A stretch of 64,000 nt of DNA from Phoronis australis (lineage: Eukaryota > Animalia > Phoronida). Shown one piece after another: positions 48,514-63,500 of this stretch (within the stretch, counting starts at the first letter, position 1; each line of letters begins with the position of its first letter). The position numbers and the translations under genes are program-made. The notes below the pieces were generated by a model, which was not told the origin of the DNA, did no database searches, and worked only from the letters and a program-made list of their open reading frames with translations. The stretch is from positions 1,160,011-1,224,010 of the forward strand of contig NMRA01000049.1 of NCBI GenBank assembly GCA_002633005.1. Reading direction: 5' to 3'.

Positions 48514-51500
48514 GTGAGAGGCAACACCGTAGCCCCTCGGCTAGAGCCGCTAGAGGCTACAACTAATTCAATGTGTGTGGTACAATTACTGACAATAGCC
48601 TGAATAGTGCAATACTCCCCGTTGCTGTCTGTACTAATTTCATCCCCGTGTATTTTAAGTGGGCGGTAGTCCAAATCCAATCACGAAGTAATAGATTTTT
48701 TCCTCGTCAATTGTCACTAAGTGCTTGTCTTCAGTGACCCTTTCTGAAATTCTGGTTCTTCTATAATATAATGTTCTATATCCTCAATGAAGAATGTCTG
48801 CGCATGACTTTAGCGAAGAATTCCTACTCCACTTTTTTGCTTGCTGTTTACCATAAAGTAGGTCTATTGATGTCACTTGTGTTAGACCGCAACAAGAGAC
48901 TGAGCAGAGCATGTGCCCTGGCGGCCGACACTTGTGTAAAAAGTACCATGGCATGGGAGAATATCTGGTGAAACTGTAAGATTTGTGTCTTCTGGACTTT
49001 TTTGGTGGTCAGCTGGCATGATTTCGCGTAAANAGACAAAATGTTGGGCCCGCCCCCTTATGATATCCTAGATGCGCCTCTGAAATTTCAGTTCAACTAT
49101 TTTCAAGGTTGAGGGGAAGTTCATAAAATTCCCCGATGTATTAAGTAGGATCTCTTTAGGCTAAAGCTGACTGGTTGATGGGAGGGTCTCCCCCAGCTGA
49201 TCGCCATATCCGGCTTGTAAACAACTAATAATCAAGTTCTGTACATTTATAAGTTTAGTTCAAACAAAATGTGTTAATGGCTAGATTCTCGTGTGGCTAT
49301 TATGAAAGTCATCGAGGTATTTTTAAACTATTATAAAGTATATGCGCTGCAATTCGTAAACTGGCAAGAGATCCCAGGGCATAACGGCAGCTATTCACGG
49401 TCAAATAATTGGGAAATTATTTTTTTCTCGGCCTTATCATGACCGTTTAAGCAACGCAAGGGTCACGTATTTACGTTGCTTTATGTTACCAACATTTTAA
49501 AACCTCTTTAGTATTCAAAATTTCAAATTTTATTGTAAAAATTGTCCGGCTTCCATAAGGCCACCGTGCTTTTGTTTACAAATCGTCCATCATCAATATG
49601 GCGGACCGCGTGTCACGCGCTGTCTGGCTTGCGAGTATTGTCGTGTCATCTCTATGTATATAGCTCATTGCCCGAAACTTTCTTCGGCGAATCCGGGAAT
49701 TTACAAAAGTGGCCGAAAGTGTTAGCCAATGAAACGCAAGAAAAATCGATTCTGCATATCCCACACGACTTGCTTACAAGTCATTGGGAGGGCTGTTCTT
49801 GGTACGTGTTCTTTTGGATTTGGCAACAACCAAATAACGGTGGGATTAACAAGAGCTGCTTTGTATTTGCCAGGTATCTGTTGAGAAGTGTAAAAACTCA
49901 GCTCGCATTCGTTGGAAATTCCAGGTCGCATTTTGCGACTTGATACGAGCTGACAAAAATGTCAGCTCGCATTTCCAAATTTCAGGTCGCAAATGCGACC
50001 TGCAGCTCGTTATGTCGAGCCCTGAGTACCCACCCCCTACTTTTGAAAATGTTCAGATTAAATGCCCTATATGCTCAGATTAAATGCCCTATGCTGGGCT
50101 AAGTACTTACCAATTAAGCACTCTCATCTCTGGCTTTTGCCTACCCATAATTTACTTCACTGAATAGATTTTCAAAAAGTATAAGGTGTACTTTCAAATG
50201 TGGAAACTATCAATTTCATTTGCGTTGTAGTTTGCAGTTTATTAGCATCGCATCTATAGTTGAAATTGGCACTTATGCAGTCTAAAGTCAACCACAGACT
50301 CATTTTATGATAAATATTTAAAAAATCATGCGAGATTACCTTCATCAGGTCCAAAAATTCTCGTCCAGTGATTCAAAAGATTCCCTTCAAGGTAAATATT
50401 AAAATCACTGCCATAAAACATTAGACGACTGGGGGTTGATGGAATTGGTGATGACCTGGTTGGATTTTCCCCTCAAAATTCAAAAATGATCATATGAGGA
50501 CGTAGAGCTGGACATCCAAATTTAAAATACAAGTGGGAAATGTCTGATGCAACACCTGAATATGACCCAACAGTTTTCGTTACATTAAAATAAGGCCGTA
50601 TGATGTGGACAATGACAATAATATATAACAATAGGTTGTGTGTAAAGAAGTGGGACATTTGGTTAGTATGGCGGGAGACGTTGGTTAGTATGTGAAAAGA
50701 GTGCAGAAAATTATTAAGGCCTCTTCTGAGTAAACACAAACCTCAGGCATAAGACTGAACCTTTTGAAGATCTATTGATCGGATGGGATCCCCTTTACTG
50801 TTAACTCTCAGGAAGCATAATTATTGAAAAACTTTCCATTTTAAATATCTGTTTCTTTCTTGAATTTTGAACAAGTAGTAGGCATTGCAATACTGGTTGG
50901 TATATTGCTTTTAGTATTGTGTTCAAACCTAGTATTTGTTATTTGCAGGATGACGTTCACTTGGTACAACACCTTGACACGACGACAAAAGAGGTCATGA
51001 TCAATCCAAAATACGAACAAATGTTCGCACCAGAGGTAATCACTTTCAGTTATCACTTGGTAATCGTTTAATGTAGTAACACCAGAGGCATTCTCAGTGA
51101 TAATTCTAGAATTTTGTTTTTAACATATTAACCCTTAGAATATACTGTTTTAATTATCAGGTTCTGGACTTCCAATTGCAGACTGCTCTATGTTTTGATA
51201 TTTGATCCTAGTTGATAAAGAAAACACCATGAATATTTAGTTTCAATAGTATTAGATAAGCCTGACATAATTGATAGATATCCAGATTTCATGACTGCAG
51301 TTATTAGTATACTGTACATCACATTTTCTACATCTCTACAGGATGGTGTAATTTCTGTAAAAAGTCTCCAGATTGGGACAAATATAATTGCTAAGATAGC
51401 ATTTTTCTATTTTCAATAGCTTTACTGCTCTAAAGTTTTCAAAAAGTTGCTTCAATACATACACAAAACATACCAAGAGTGGCATAGATGAACTTAATAT

Positions 51501-54500
51501 CCCCAGATCCCATGAAACATTATTCCGCGGTCTCAGTTAATACACAAAATTATGTTGAATGGAATATTACTTGATCTATGCCAATCAAGGTACGTTTTCC
51601 ATTTATCCCATATGCTTTGAATTTCAAAGTTTCTTTCATTTTTTCGGCAGATTTTTTAAATACTTCACCCAGATTGTTCACGTGGCGGATCACATCCTAC
51701 ATGAAAATACTTGCGCGTTAGGTTACAAGTTTTCTCTAGTAAAAGAAACAGTTTTAAATGTAACGGTTTATTACTTGAAAAGAGATAACAAAAAGATGAA
51801 AACAACGGTAATTGTGCATTGAACTTGTAACATTTCCTGAAAATAGTTAAATAACAACAATATTTGATATTGTAGTTACCAAGGAATCGGCACTTCAGTT
51901 ACAGACGATATATAATTTAGCAACTGAAAACTGAGACAGAAGTGTCATATAATTAACAGTTTTGTACAAAATGTTGCGTTTAGGGCCTGGTTGCATGTTG
52001 AATGTTATTCATACTGTTGTAATTGTATTACTTTAAACTATTTTTGGAAAGTTTGATGATCAAACTGGCAAACAACGTCGAATCGACATTCAGCTACCTT
52101 TGAACTTTCCATGTCAGAGGGCACTGTTGAAGTAGTGCGGGTTGTGAATACGGAAAACAATATCACATGACCGTATTGCACTCGACTGATTCAACGTGAA
52201 TGGGATAAAAACCTTGCTGTGAACAAAGTAAAATTTCCTCAAGAGGTACTTTTGCTGAGCGAAATTGAAAAAATTAAATCTCATGTGCCGCCAATATTGT
52301 GTCCAGAACTGAGGAATTTCAACTGTTCTGTCAAAATGTATGCTTTTCACTACATGAATTTTTTTGTAGCACTTGTTTTTCAGCTTTATTTCATACGTTG
52401 AAAACAAACATACATTTAATACGAGGAAATGATGGCTCAATTTCATAATTTGCCGCTTGCCGCAACCGCAGATTTAGCTTGATGACGTGGTAAAAATTCC
52501 CATATCACCATGAAGCTGCCAGATTTTAGCAAGTTGTAACTAAGTCAAAAGAAGTCAGACAGTTGCCCTGTTTTTCATGACATGTCCCGTTTTTCCACTT
52601 TTGCCAACTGTCATTTGAGAAGTCTGGTGTCTCCTTATTTTGGAAAGCTCATTTATGCCAAGCATTGAGCCCTTTATAAGGGGGGACTTGAACACTGGTT
52701 TTTCTGCTATGATTGCTAAAAGTGTGTATCGTTCTAGCTGCCACCTTCCTGTGTATTTGCTATGGACTATGGTTGTTTATCTTTGGTTTTTCGCAAATTT
52801 CAGCTCTACGTACTAGTAACAGTTGTCGAAAATTGGTGCAACTATTCTATATTAACTTTTTAAACCTGGAGCACTTACATTTTGGAAATATTTGTATTCT
52901 TTTGACAACTTTTGTATGGTTGACTGATAGTGCTTTTACCTGTGTCGGGCATGCCTGGGTCGGTGTATATGTTTGGGGAGTTTGTGCAGTTAGTAATAGC
53001 GCTGTCGTTGAGTGCATGGTATATGGTGCTTTCCATTAGGTCACGCTTATATGTGTGTATAAATCCACCTTCTGTTCAAAAATGAATCGTGTTGTTGAGA
53101 CCACTTACAGTTATGACATATTAGTCTGGACTCTGCCTAATATAAGACGTGCAAATGTTGGGCGTTTCGATATGTGTTTGTTTGTGCTGATTCAGGTTGG
53201 CCCCGTCAATCCATTTAAAACCGCTGCCCAGCTGGCCAAAAAGAACACCTTCACAGGTTATGTGGAACCATCTCACTTGAATACCTTCCAGTTTGAGAAT
53301 CAGAGGAGAACCTTCACTAGCTATGGTAAGCCTGTCTGAATTTGATACTTGGTGGTCTGAAAAATAGGGCCAACTGGCATGAATAACTTAGTGTGTGCAT
53401 TGACAAAGTTTAGGACTCTCCCCATTTCAGTTTTAACATAGTAGTTGACCAGATACAGCGACTGATTGGAACACACGTGACACAAAACAATGTTAACATT
53501 TTGCACTGTTTTGACAGAAGGCTTCATGTCCAATTCGCCTGTTCATCAAATTTTTAAAAAGCTACAACTTTTTCACGACTTATTTAGGATGTGCGTTTCC
53601 CGTACTGGAAACTGCCCTTGCTGTCTCGATTATTATATAAGTGTACATGATCGTAGACATCGACTTGTACTGTAAAGGGAAAGCGTTGATGTATAATTGT
53701 AGACAATTTTTTAAATAATTTTTCACATTTACTCCAAATAACCACTGTATAATTAATCAGAGAACTTGCAGAGAAACGCTGCAAGTGACTGTCCTCATCA
53801 GGTCTTTATGACCTTTGACCTCAGTTCAATGTTATGTCATGTTCACAATGCATAATTACTTTCTTTCCGCTGTTCAGAATGCAGTACACGTACATGCTGT
53901 ATTAATCTATTACTGTAACTTGGGTTCCTCAACTATTTCGCTCATTACATTTTAAAGGGACATTATCAGTTTTACGTCTGAAAACACATTTTTATGCGCC
54001 AACATATTTATATGTGGTCGCATATTGCCGTCATCTCTGTCTGGGCGTCCGGGCTTTCGGCGTCCGCAGCTGTATCTCCTAAACCCCTCACAGGATCTTG
54101 ATGAGATTTGGCGGATGTGTTCCTATGATGCTGATGACGGACGATGACAAAGTTCAGACCTATCCGACTACCATTGTGCCCCCTAGTGGCAATTTTATTT
54201 TTTACGCTTATCTGTATCGTCAGAGGTCCTCAACGGATTTTCATAAAATTTGGCAGTTAGGTATCTATTAGTGAGGTGATGCCATCCTCCTGGTTTTGGA
54301 CAGATTCAAGTTACTTTGCCCACCTAGTTTTTTCGAGTCTGTTTTTTGGCGTACGCCGCTCTATCAATCAAACTGCTCAAGGGATGATTTTGAAAATTGG
54401 CATATGTTTTTACTGTGAAGAAGGCGGCTGACGATGATTTTCCGAACACTTCGACTACTGTGGCACGTCCTAGTGGCAGTTTTGTTTGTTTTTGCATNAA

Positions 54501-57500
54501 ATTGGTGCAACTATTCTATATTAACTTTTTAAACCTGGAGCACTTATATTTTGGAAATATTTGTATTCTTTTGACAACTTCTGTATGGTTGACTGATAGT
54601 GCTTTTACTTGTGTCGGGCATGCCTGGGTCGGTGTATATGTTTGGGGAGTTTGTGCAGTTAGTAATAGCGCTGTCGTTGAGTGCATGGTATATGGTACTT
54701 TCCATTAGGTCACGCTTATATGTGTGTATAAATCCACCTTCTGTTCAAAAATGAATCGTGTTGTTAAGACCACTTACAGTTATGACATATTAGTCTGGAC
54801 TCTGCCTAATATATGACGTGCAAATGTTGGGCGTTTCGATATGTGTTTGTTTGTGCTGATTCAGGTTGGCCCCGTCAATCCATTTAAAACCGCTGCCCAG
54901 CTGGCCAAAAAGAACACCTTCACAGGTTATGTGGAACCATCTCACTTGAACACCTTCCAGTTTGAGAATCAGAGGAGAACCTTCACTAGCTATGGTAAGC
55001 CTGTCTGAATTTGATACTTGGTGGTCTGAAAAGTAGGGCCAACTGGCACGAATAACTTAGTGTGTGCACTGACAAAGTTTAGGACTCTCCCCATTTCAGT
55101 TTTAACATAGTAGTTGACCAGATACAGCGACTGATTGGAACACACGTGACACAAAACAATGTTAACATTTTGCACTGTTTTGACAGAAGGCTTCATGTCC
55201 ACTTTGCCTGTTCATCAAACTTTTTCACGACTTATTTAGGATTAATATACGAGTGTACATGATCGTAGACATCGGGAAAGCGTTGATGTATAATTGTAGA
55301 CAATTTTTTAAATAATTTTTCACATTTACTCCAAATAACCACTGTATAATTAAGCAAAGAACTCGCAGAGAAACGCTGCAAGTGACTATCGTCATCAGGT
55401 CTTTATGACCTTTGACCTCAGGTCAGTGTTATGTCATGTTCACAATGCATAATTACTTTCTTTCCGCTGTTCAGAATGTAGCAGACGTACATGCTGTATT
55501 AATCTATTACGGTAACTTGGGTTCACATCCTCAACTATTTCGCTCATTACATTTTAAAGGGACATTATCAGTTTTACGTCTGAAAACACATTTTTATGCG
55601 GCAACATATTTATATGTGGTCGCATATTGCCGTCATCTCTGTCTGGGCGTCCGGGCTTTCGGCGTTCGCAGCTGTATCTCCTAAACCCCTCTCAGGATCT
55701 TGATGAGATTTGGTGGATGAGTTCCTATGATGCTGATGACGGACGATGACAAAGTTCAGACCTATCCGACTACCATTGTGTCCCCTAGTGGCAATTTTAT
55801 TTTTTACGCTTATCTGTATCTTCAGAGGTCCTCAACGGATTTTCATAAAATTTGGCAGTTAGGTATCTATTAGTGAGGTGATGCCATCCTCCTGGTTTTG
55901 GACAGATTCAAGTTACTTTGCCCACCTAGTGTTTTCGTGTCTGTTTTTTGGCGTACGCCGCTCTATCAATCAAACTGCTCAAGGGATGATTTTGAAAATT
56001 GGCATATGTTTTTACTGTGAAGAAGGCGGCTGACGATTATTTTCCGAACACTTCGACTACTGTGGCACGTCCTAGTGGCAGTTTTGTTTGTTTTTGCATC
56101 TATGGCTGTATCTCTTAAACCCCTCACAGGAACTTGATGAGATTTGGCAGATGTGTTCCCATAAAGCTGACGACAGATGACAACAAATTTGGGACCTCTC
56201 CGACTACTGGTGTGCCCCCTAGTGACAAATTTTTTTCCGCTTACCTCTGTAGATTTGGAGGTCCTCAACGTATTTTCATAAAATTTGGCAGTTAGGCATC
56301 TGTTAAAGAGGTGATGCCATCCTCCTGTTTTCGGACAGATTCCAGGTACTTCGCACCACCTAGTGGCCATTTTTACTGTTTTCGAGTCTGTTTTTTAGCA
56401 TCCGCCATTCTATCAACCAGAAAATTGGAATCTATGTTCTTACTGTGAAGAGGGCGGCTGATGATTTTCTGATGACTTGTACTACTATGGCACCTCCTAG
56501 TGGCAGTTTTGTTTGTTTTTGCGCCCATGGCTGTATCTCCTAAATGCACTACAGGATCTTTATTGAATTTTCTGGTGTATTTATATGAAAGTTGACAACA
56601 GAGGATGACGAATTTCAGACGGATCGGGCTACCGGTGTGTGCCCTAGTGGCAATTTTAGTTTTTTCATTTACCTCTGTATCTTAAAAGGTTGCCTATGGA
56701 TTTTCTTAAACTTTGGCAGTTAGGCATGTAGTAGTGAGGTGACGCTATCATCAGGTTTTCGGTAAAATTTGAGGCATTTTGCGCCATCTTGTGGCCATTT
56801 ATACTGTTTTCGAGTCCTGTTATTTTACGTCTCTCCCTCTGTCAACCAAACCACTCTAAGGATGGTTGTGGAAATTGGCATGTATGTTCCTAATGTGAAG
56901 AGGAAGTCTGACGATTTTCCGATGACTTTGTCTACTTTGGCGCCTCTTAGTGGTAGTTATGTTTCTTTGCGTTTATAGCCTCTTAGTTTCAATTTCATTT
57001 TTTTGTTTTCCTCTGTTTTCTCAGAAGTTCCTTGACGGATTTTTATGAAATTTGGTAATTGCTTTGATGACACATACAAGTTTTTGGATGGATTCATGAT
57101 CTAGTTGCCATTTTATGTTCCAAATAAACACCCCTAGAAGCACAACGTTAGCGGTGCATTCGTGGGCGCATTTCAATGCTCCGCGTTGCTCTTGTTGGGA
57201 TTGTTGTTGGATGGAATAAACTTGTTGAAGTTATTGGCTTTGACCACAGCTATAAAGCAATATTGTTCGTTGAATGTGTTTTTATTTGTAATTTATTATG
57301 AATTGCCAATTCTTACCACCATTGTCTGTCCGTCATTGGCTGAAAGTGTGCCAGTGTCTTTACCATTTAAATACGTTTAAAATACTCTGCTACTATACAT
57401 TAAATTTGGCTCAGCTGCTGAGCATTTGTCTGTTACTGCAGAACTAGTAGGTTTGAATCCGTGGTGCTACTAATTTATTTTTAATTGTTTTTTCAGTTAG

Positions 57501-60500
57501 ACTGTCCTTTTAATGTAGAGCTGCTTATCTTTTAACATTATCTTACTGCAGTGCAGCATGAAGTTTGTCCAGTTCATCCTTGAATTACCTGTGTTTTATA
57601 TTGCTTTCAGGCTATGCAGTAGACCCCAGTGTAGGAAACTCGGGTATTGAAGGAGAGAAATTAATTGGGAATGTATCGTCTGCTGAAGAATCGAAAGGTA
57701 ATATCTCGAATGATGTTCTATGACATCTTTCAGAAGTATTCATTCAGCTGCCCTGTTTTCTTAATCGCAAATTGGCTGAATGCTTTGGTGTCATGAGTTT
57801 GAAAAACTACAGGAACTCTGGTATTTGTGGAAGATTTGTAGTGGGTGAAATGTCGCAAGTGATCAAGAAACCATTCCTTACTGACACACAGAAGGACACT
57901 ACCATTGTTCAACATGTTCAGTTCTGTCTTTACTACATTGTGGCTTTTGCTTTTACGTTTTCCATTTCAGCAAAATCTTACACGACAAGTTACTACCCCA
58001 ATGTACTTTGCACGTGGACTTGAAAATTCAAAACTTGACTAGCGTTGTATGTGACCAAACTGATATTCCTTAGACAGTGTCATAGCAACTGTGTCTAACC
58101 AGTTCATCTTTCCAACATTTGTTTTTGACTTCCGAGTGATATAGACTAGTTACAATACACTTGTGATTTCAACAGGTCTGACTGTGTTTGAAGCTAGCGC
58201 GAAACGGGCTGGTGACAAGAGAAAGAGGTTACGAAACAATGACCCGTCGGACATAGATGGCTACCTGGGTCCGTGGGGCAAATTTGTAGATGAGAAGACA
58301 GTCGCTACTCCTAATGAGGTATTTCACCATTTGATGTGTGAATTGTTGAAATGCTTAGTGTCACTGATTTTGGTCGTGCGCATACAGAATGTCAGTCACC
58401 ATGCAATAACAGTGTCCGTATTTTATCTCTTACAAATTTATCAGCTTACCAAATGAAGTAGTTTTGTTTGTTTCATCGGTTTTTATTAACATTATACATC
58501 TGAGTGATTTTTGTTGCTCCAAGCTATTCGTTGGTTGACCCGTTGGTATAGTGTGAATAGTCGAAATCCATGTTGAGTAATTTTCTCATTGAAGGAACAA
58601 TTTGCACATACCTAATGAGACGTGTTAGCCGTAAACTCCATGCATAATTTACCTAAAGATCACCGCATCATCCAGCTGTGCTTGATGGGTGTGCCTGATG
58701 GGTATAACTACATAATATCTCACTGACTGTATTCAGCAGAAACATAGTACACATGGTCTGCCCCATTATTTTAGGAGGACAGTAAAGTTCTTCAAGAAAT
58801 TCTGGCCAAGAGACAGAAGAAGGGTAAACAGGTGGAGGAGGCACCAGCGGAAGAGAAAACAACACTGCACAGTGAGTAGCTGGGGCCACTGTTGGGCAAT
58901 AGGACTTGTTTCTTGAATGGTCTGGTTTGGCTGACACATGTGTTGGATTATGGGAAGTTAATTGTTGACAGATATACCAGGGAATGCCATCCTGGTTCAG
59001 TTTTATGTGCCCAGATATAGAGTAGAAGGTAAAGTGATCGGACAAAATACCGTTACCCTGCATGCGGGCTTATTCTGTTGACAGCAAACGTAACTGGTGA
59101 GAACTATTAGGATGGCAATATTGTAATTGCAAAATGATTTAGCCACCTTACTATCCTGTTTATTCCCTTTCATTCTGGAAGATTCTGCTGACGATGAATA
59201 AGGCATTAGACCAGCAGTAATGATAGGGAATTCTGGGTCATTTTGTCTGAATACTGGAAGTCCTGGCCTACAAATGCAAGAGTGGGAAATGAAATAAGCT
59301 AACCTGAAGTGAAAAATCTGTGGACACAGCAAACATCCATTGGTCTAATGAAAGATTGGAAGTGCCTTGCACATGTTCACGTCCTGAGGCAGAAGCGCCC
59401 AATCGTCGTTCGTTACCTGTGCATGACTCATATACAGGCCCTTCAGATTTTTTGCCAGGCGATTCCATCTTCCGTAGTATTTTTAGTGCGTGCTCGGATG
59501 TGTGCCTGTTGACCTTGGATTTTTATCAAGTCGCCATACAAAACTGGAAGTTGCATTGGCGACCTGCAAGTCCCCACATTGAGCCCTGAAAATATTTTAA
59601 AATTATGCAAAATTGCCCTCTGATCTACAAATTTCCCCTTGAATGATTAAAAATTCCCTTCAATGTCATTTTCTCGTTTAGCTAAAAGCAGACCCTCTGC
59701 TTCAGAAGATTTTATTTATTGTGGAAATCCTCACTTCAAGGCATGCCTTTCCAGTGTTTATAGGTTCTACGTAGAGAACAGAATGTATTACATAGTATTG
59801 TGCAAGAAAGTAACTTGGGGGAATCCAGACTACCTGCCACACTAGCTACATAAACTTAAGGCTAATTCCAAGGAAAAAACATTCATGTGCTCTGATGCTT
59901 TAGTCAGAACCTATAAGGGATGGCAACTGGGTGGAATATTGGTGGTTGCCTGGGGGCTGGGACAATTTTCCCCTTGCCCAAAAAAACTTTTCAGAAAGCG
60001 CAGGCACCTTTCAGGTGAGCGAAAGCGTTGAATGTGAGACTTGTTTGTTGTGTAAGAATGTTATACTAGATAGTTTTCATCCCGTATTAGGGTAAGCCTG
60101 TGTTTGTGAATCCACTGGTTTGCTGTAACACATGATTCTAATGTACAAGTAAGGCAACCTTCTGCATGAGCCACGGTATATAAAATTTTTAAAAAAATTC
60201 ATATTTTTTAAAACTTAAAATGCATGTCATATAATTTGTATTTCCTTTACAGTCAAAGATGCTCTGGACTACCAGGGTCGGTCATTCCTGCATGCGCCAC
60301 AAGATGTCGGTGTCAACCTGCGCTCAGATGAGCCGCCAGAGAAGTGCTTTATTCCCAAAAAACTCATCCACACCTGGGCGGGGCACACCAAGGGGGTTTC
60401 TGCCATACGGTTTTTCCCTCAAACTGCACATTTGTTGTTGTCGTGTAGTATGGATTGTAAAATAAAGGTAGGTGTCTGCTAGTGTAAATGTATTGAATTA

Positions 60501-63500
60501 GATAAAGTGCGTGGTTTTTTTGTCTTGAGCACAGTAAGCAAAAAATCAACAGCCACTTGTTTTAATTGATTTCAAGTTTTTGTTACTAAACATTGAGAAG
60601 TATTAACTCTTTCAAAAGCATACATAACATATTGTAATGTTAGACCCCAACCTCTGGAACAGAGTACTTCCAAACTATTTATATTCTTGCTAAGCAACAT
60701 GCGCACTGTTCTGTTTTGCATGTTGTAGTTGTGGGAGGTGTATAACCAGCGGCGACTTATTCGAACATACAACGGGCACAAGCAGGCAGTGCGAGATATC
60801 TGCTTCAGTAACGACGGAAAACAGTTCTTGAGTTGTGCTTACGACAGATACTGTAAACTATGGGACACAGAGACGGGTATGTAAATTTTTTTTCAAAGGT
60901 GTGGTAAAAGTGCTCTAGACTGGCAAACCCATATGGCGTGATATTTCTTGCTTGTCTGCTTTTCCGCTCAGCCATTGAAATTAACTTAATTTAATACCCT
61001 TGATAATTTAATGCACTCATCTACTGTGCATTTGAACTTGTAAATATTTCCGACTGGGCCCCACTTGGAATTCAGTGTATTCATTGAACTTGCTACCCAG
61101 TTATTTAAACGTTAATAAAAGTGTATTTCTTGAAAGAATAATGAGCAGTAACCACTTATCATCCAAAATTTTAATAAATGACATTTGATGACCTTGCATG
61201 TTGAAAAATGGTCTTTCATTTATTAGTACATGGGTGGCGCACCATAGGGGCTGGGTGGGGCTTTAGTCCCCCACTTTTTTCACTGCTGCACCGCCCATGT
61301 AGTATATTATAAAACAATGCTAAAAAAACACAAAATACGTGCACCTTGCAAAAGCATTATTTTTAATAGTACATTAAATTTATTTAAATTATCAGTTGCA
61401 GCACACTTTATGTCTTTCTGTCTGTGGAAAAATGTAATACATTTATTAAATACATATTTCCAACATTTTCAAATAAAATCTTATGTAGTTCTTGTTAGTC
61501 TGTCCAAATCAGAAGAATTCGTGAGAATACGGTATTTAGTGAAAATGTATTCAGGTCTGATGGCCATTACACTGTTCAGTTTATTTTTCACCTTACTTTC
61601 CAGGTGAGTGCATTAGTAGGTTTACAAGCAGGAAGGTACCTTATTGTATCAAGTTTCACCCTGAGGATGATAAACAACACCTGTTTGTAGCTGGGACGTC
61701 TGACAAGAAGATAGTCTGTGTATGTATGGATTTTGTGGATGCAAGACCACTGAAATTATTCAGTGTATGGCAGATGTTTCTTGATTTTTTTAAATTTAAT
61801 AAATGATTAGATATAAAATACTCCGTTTCTGTTGAGAATTAACTTGTTGATAGTTATAAACTTTTGTAACCTGTACTCGTTAAGTTTTCGTTTGGGCACT
61901 CTGGCTCTCATGAAAAAAGCTCACCATGTAAGTCACTCCTGGACACACCTGTTGCTAGTCTGTCATTTGTGCGTATCGTGAAGGGATTTTCTCCTCATGC
62001 ATCATGAGCGCAGAAACTTGACTGTGCTGGAATATTTTTAGCTGTGCAAACTAACATGTTGAGAAACCAGAGCTAACTGTGTCCAAGTTCATTGAGGTTA
62101 TGTAAGACCTTATTAACAAATATGTAGAAGACTAAATTTTTAACTCAGTGAAAGTATATATTTTCTGCTTTGTTTTTGACTTCATCAATCTGTTATTAAT
62201 TGGATCAAGTGACTTTGACTTCAAAATTTAGCAAAAAATAAAGGCATATTCAAAATAAAACAATTGCATCGATACCATGATCAAGTTTTATTTGATAGAA
62301 ATTTTCAGTTAGATATCAAAAAGTCTGTTGCAGCTTTCTTAGATATCATTTCGCTTTGTTTTATGCAACTTTGAAGATTTTTCATGAAAATCATAAAAGT
62401 CCTTTTTTGATAGCTCCTCATGCAGAAGTGTGACTTTTTAAAAACTAAGTGTTAGGAGAACAGTGCATTAACCATAGGATCCATAAGTTTCGTAAGAATA
62501 CAATTATTCATTTCTGAGACATGTTCCAAAGTCAGTCAAATTTGTCAATTTTACAGGGTCCTACATTGCCTTAAAGAGTACAGCAAAAATCTTTCATTTC
62601 CTTTGCCAGAGCCTCAGTATGATGATTGCTGGGCTTAAGTTTTACATATTATTAAACTTGCACAATCATACCATTTGTTAATTTGTGTTTGCTAACTGTT
62701 GTCATTTCAGTGGGACACCCGATCGGGTGAAATAGTTCAGGAATATGACCGTCACCTGGGAGCAGTAAACTCGATCACTTTTATTGACCAAAACAGAAGA
62801 TTCGTATCAACATCTGATGATAAGAGCCTGAGGTTATGGGAATGGTAAGCTGGTCATGATTGTTAAAGTTATTGCAAACTCCTCTTCTGCCAATCAATAG
62901 AATTTGTAATTTAGGCCACATAGAGTTAACATGAACTTGGCTTGTTTCCATGTCACATCTGAGTAAGGAGCAGGTTGAGGCCAACTGTGTGTAAAGCAGT
63001 GTAAATCAAAAGTTTGCTTCTTTGACACAACATGTATAGGTCTGTATTTCAACAGAAGCTCACCTTTATTCTTCTGGTCATTGCCATGATAATCATTAAG
63101 ACTTGCTTTCTTTTGTAGGATCAGTAAACTGCATATTATATGTTTTTGTTTTCGTTTGTTGAAAAGATGAAACCAATTTTATTGTGACGTTTCCTGTTGT
63201 TGGTAGTACATGGTTGTATGCCTGTGATTTTGTCATAAGTGTTGTTATATTGAACAAAGAGCACATAACACAATTTCCTTGTGATCAACCTTCGATAGTT
63301 GTCGGCAAATCTTCAGTCCTGAACGAAATCTTTGTTTACCAGATGACGTGATTTTACACCCATACAATTAAGAGAAATGCTAAATGAATCACTCTTTGAC
63401 TCTTTTGATACATTAACCTATTGGCGACAATAGTGTTTCCAGTTTGTTGTCCCTCAAGTTTGTACGATTGCATCACGCCCATTTTGTGTTGTAATTCCTA

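Larger units (their letters stand above)
52830..56099. repeat. Near-identical direct duplication 52830-54497 / 54499-56099 joined at a single N
   Basis: Includes CDC40 exon 3 and the HINE 5' part; N at 54498. Confidence 0.92.

Noticed and set aside
49374-50024. Further hAT-like MITE (cagggc...gccctg), and a Harbinger-like end at ~30068
   Set aside because: One terminus is degenerate and no TSD could be confirmed.
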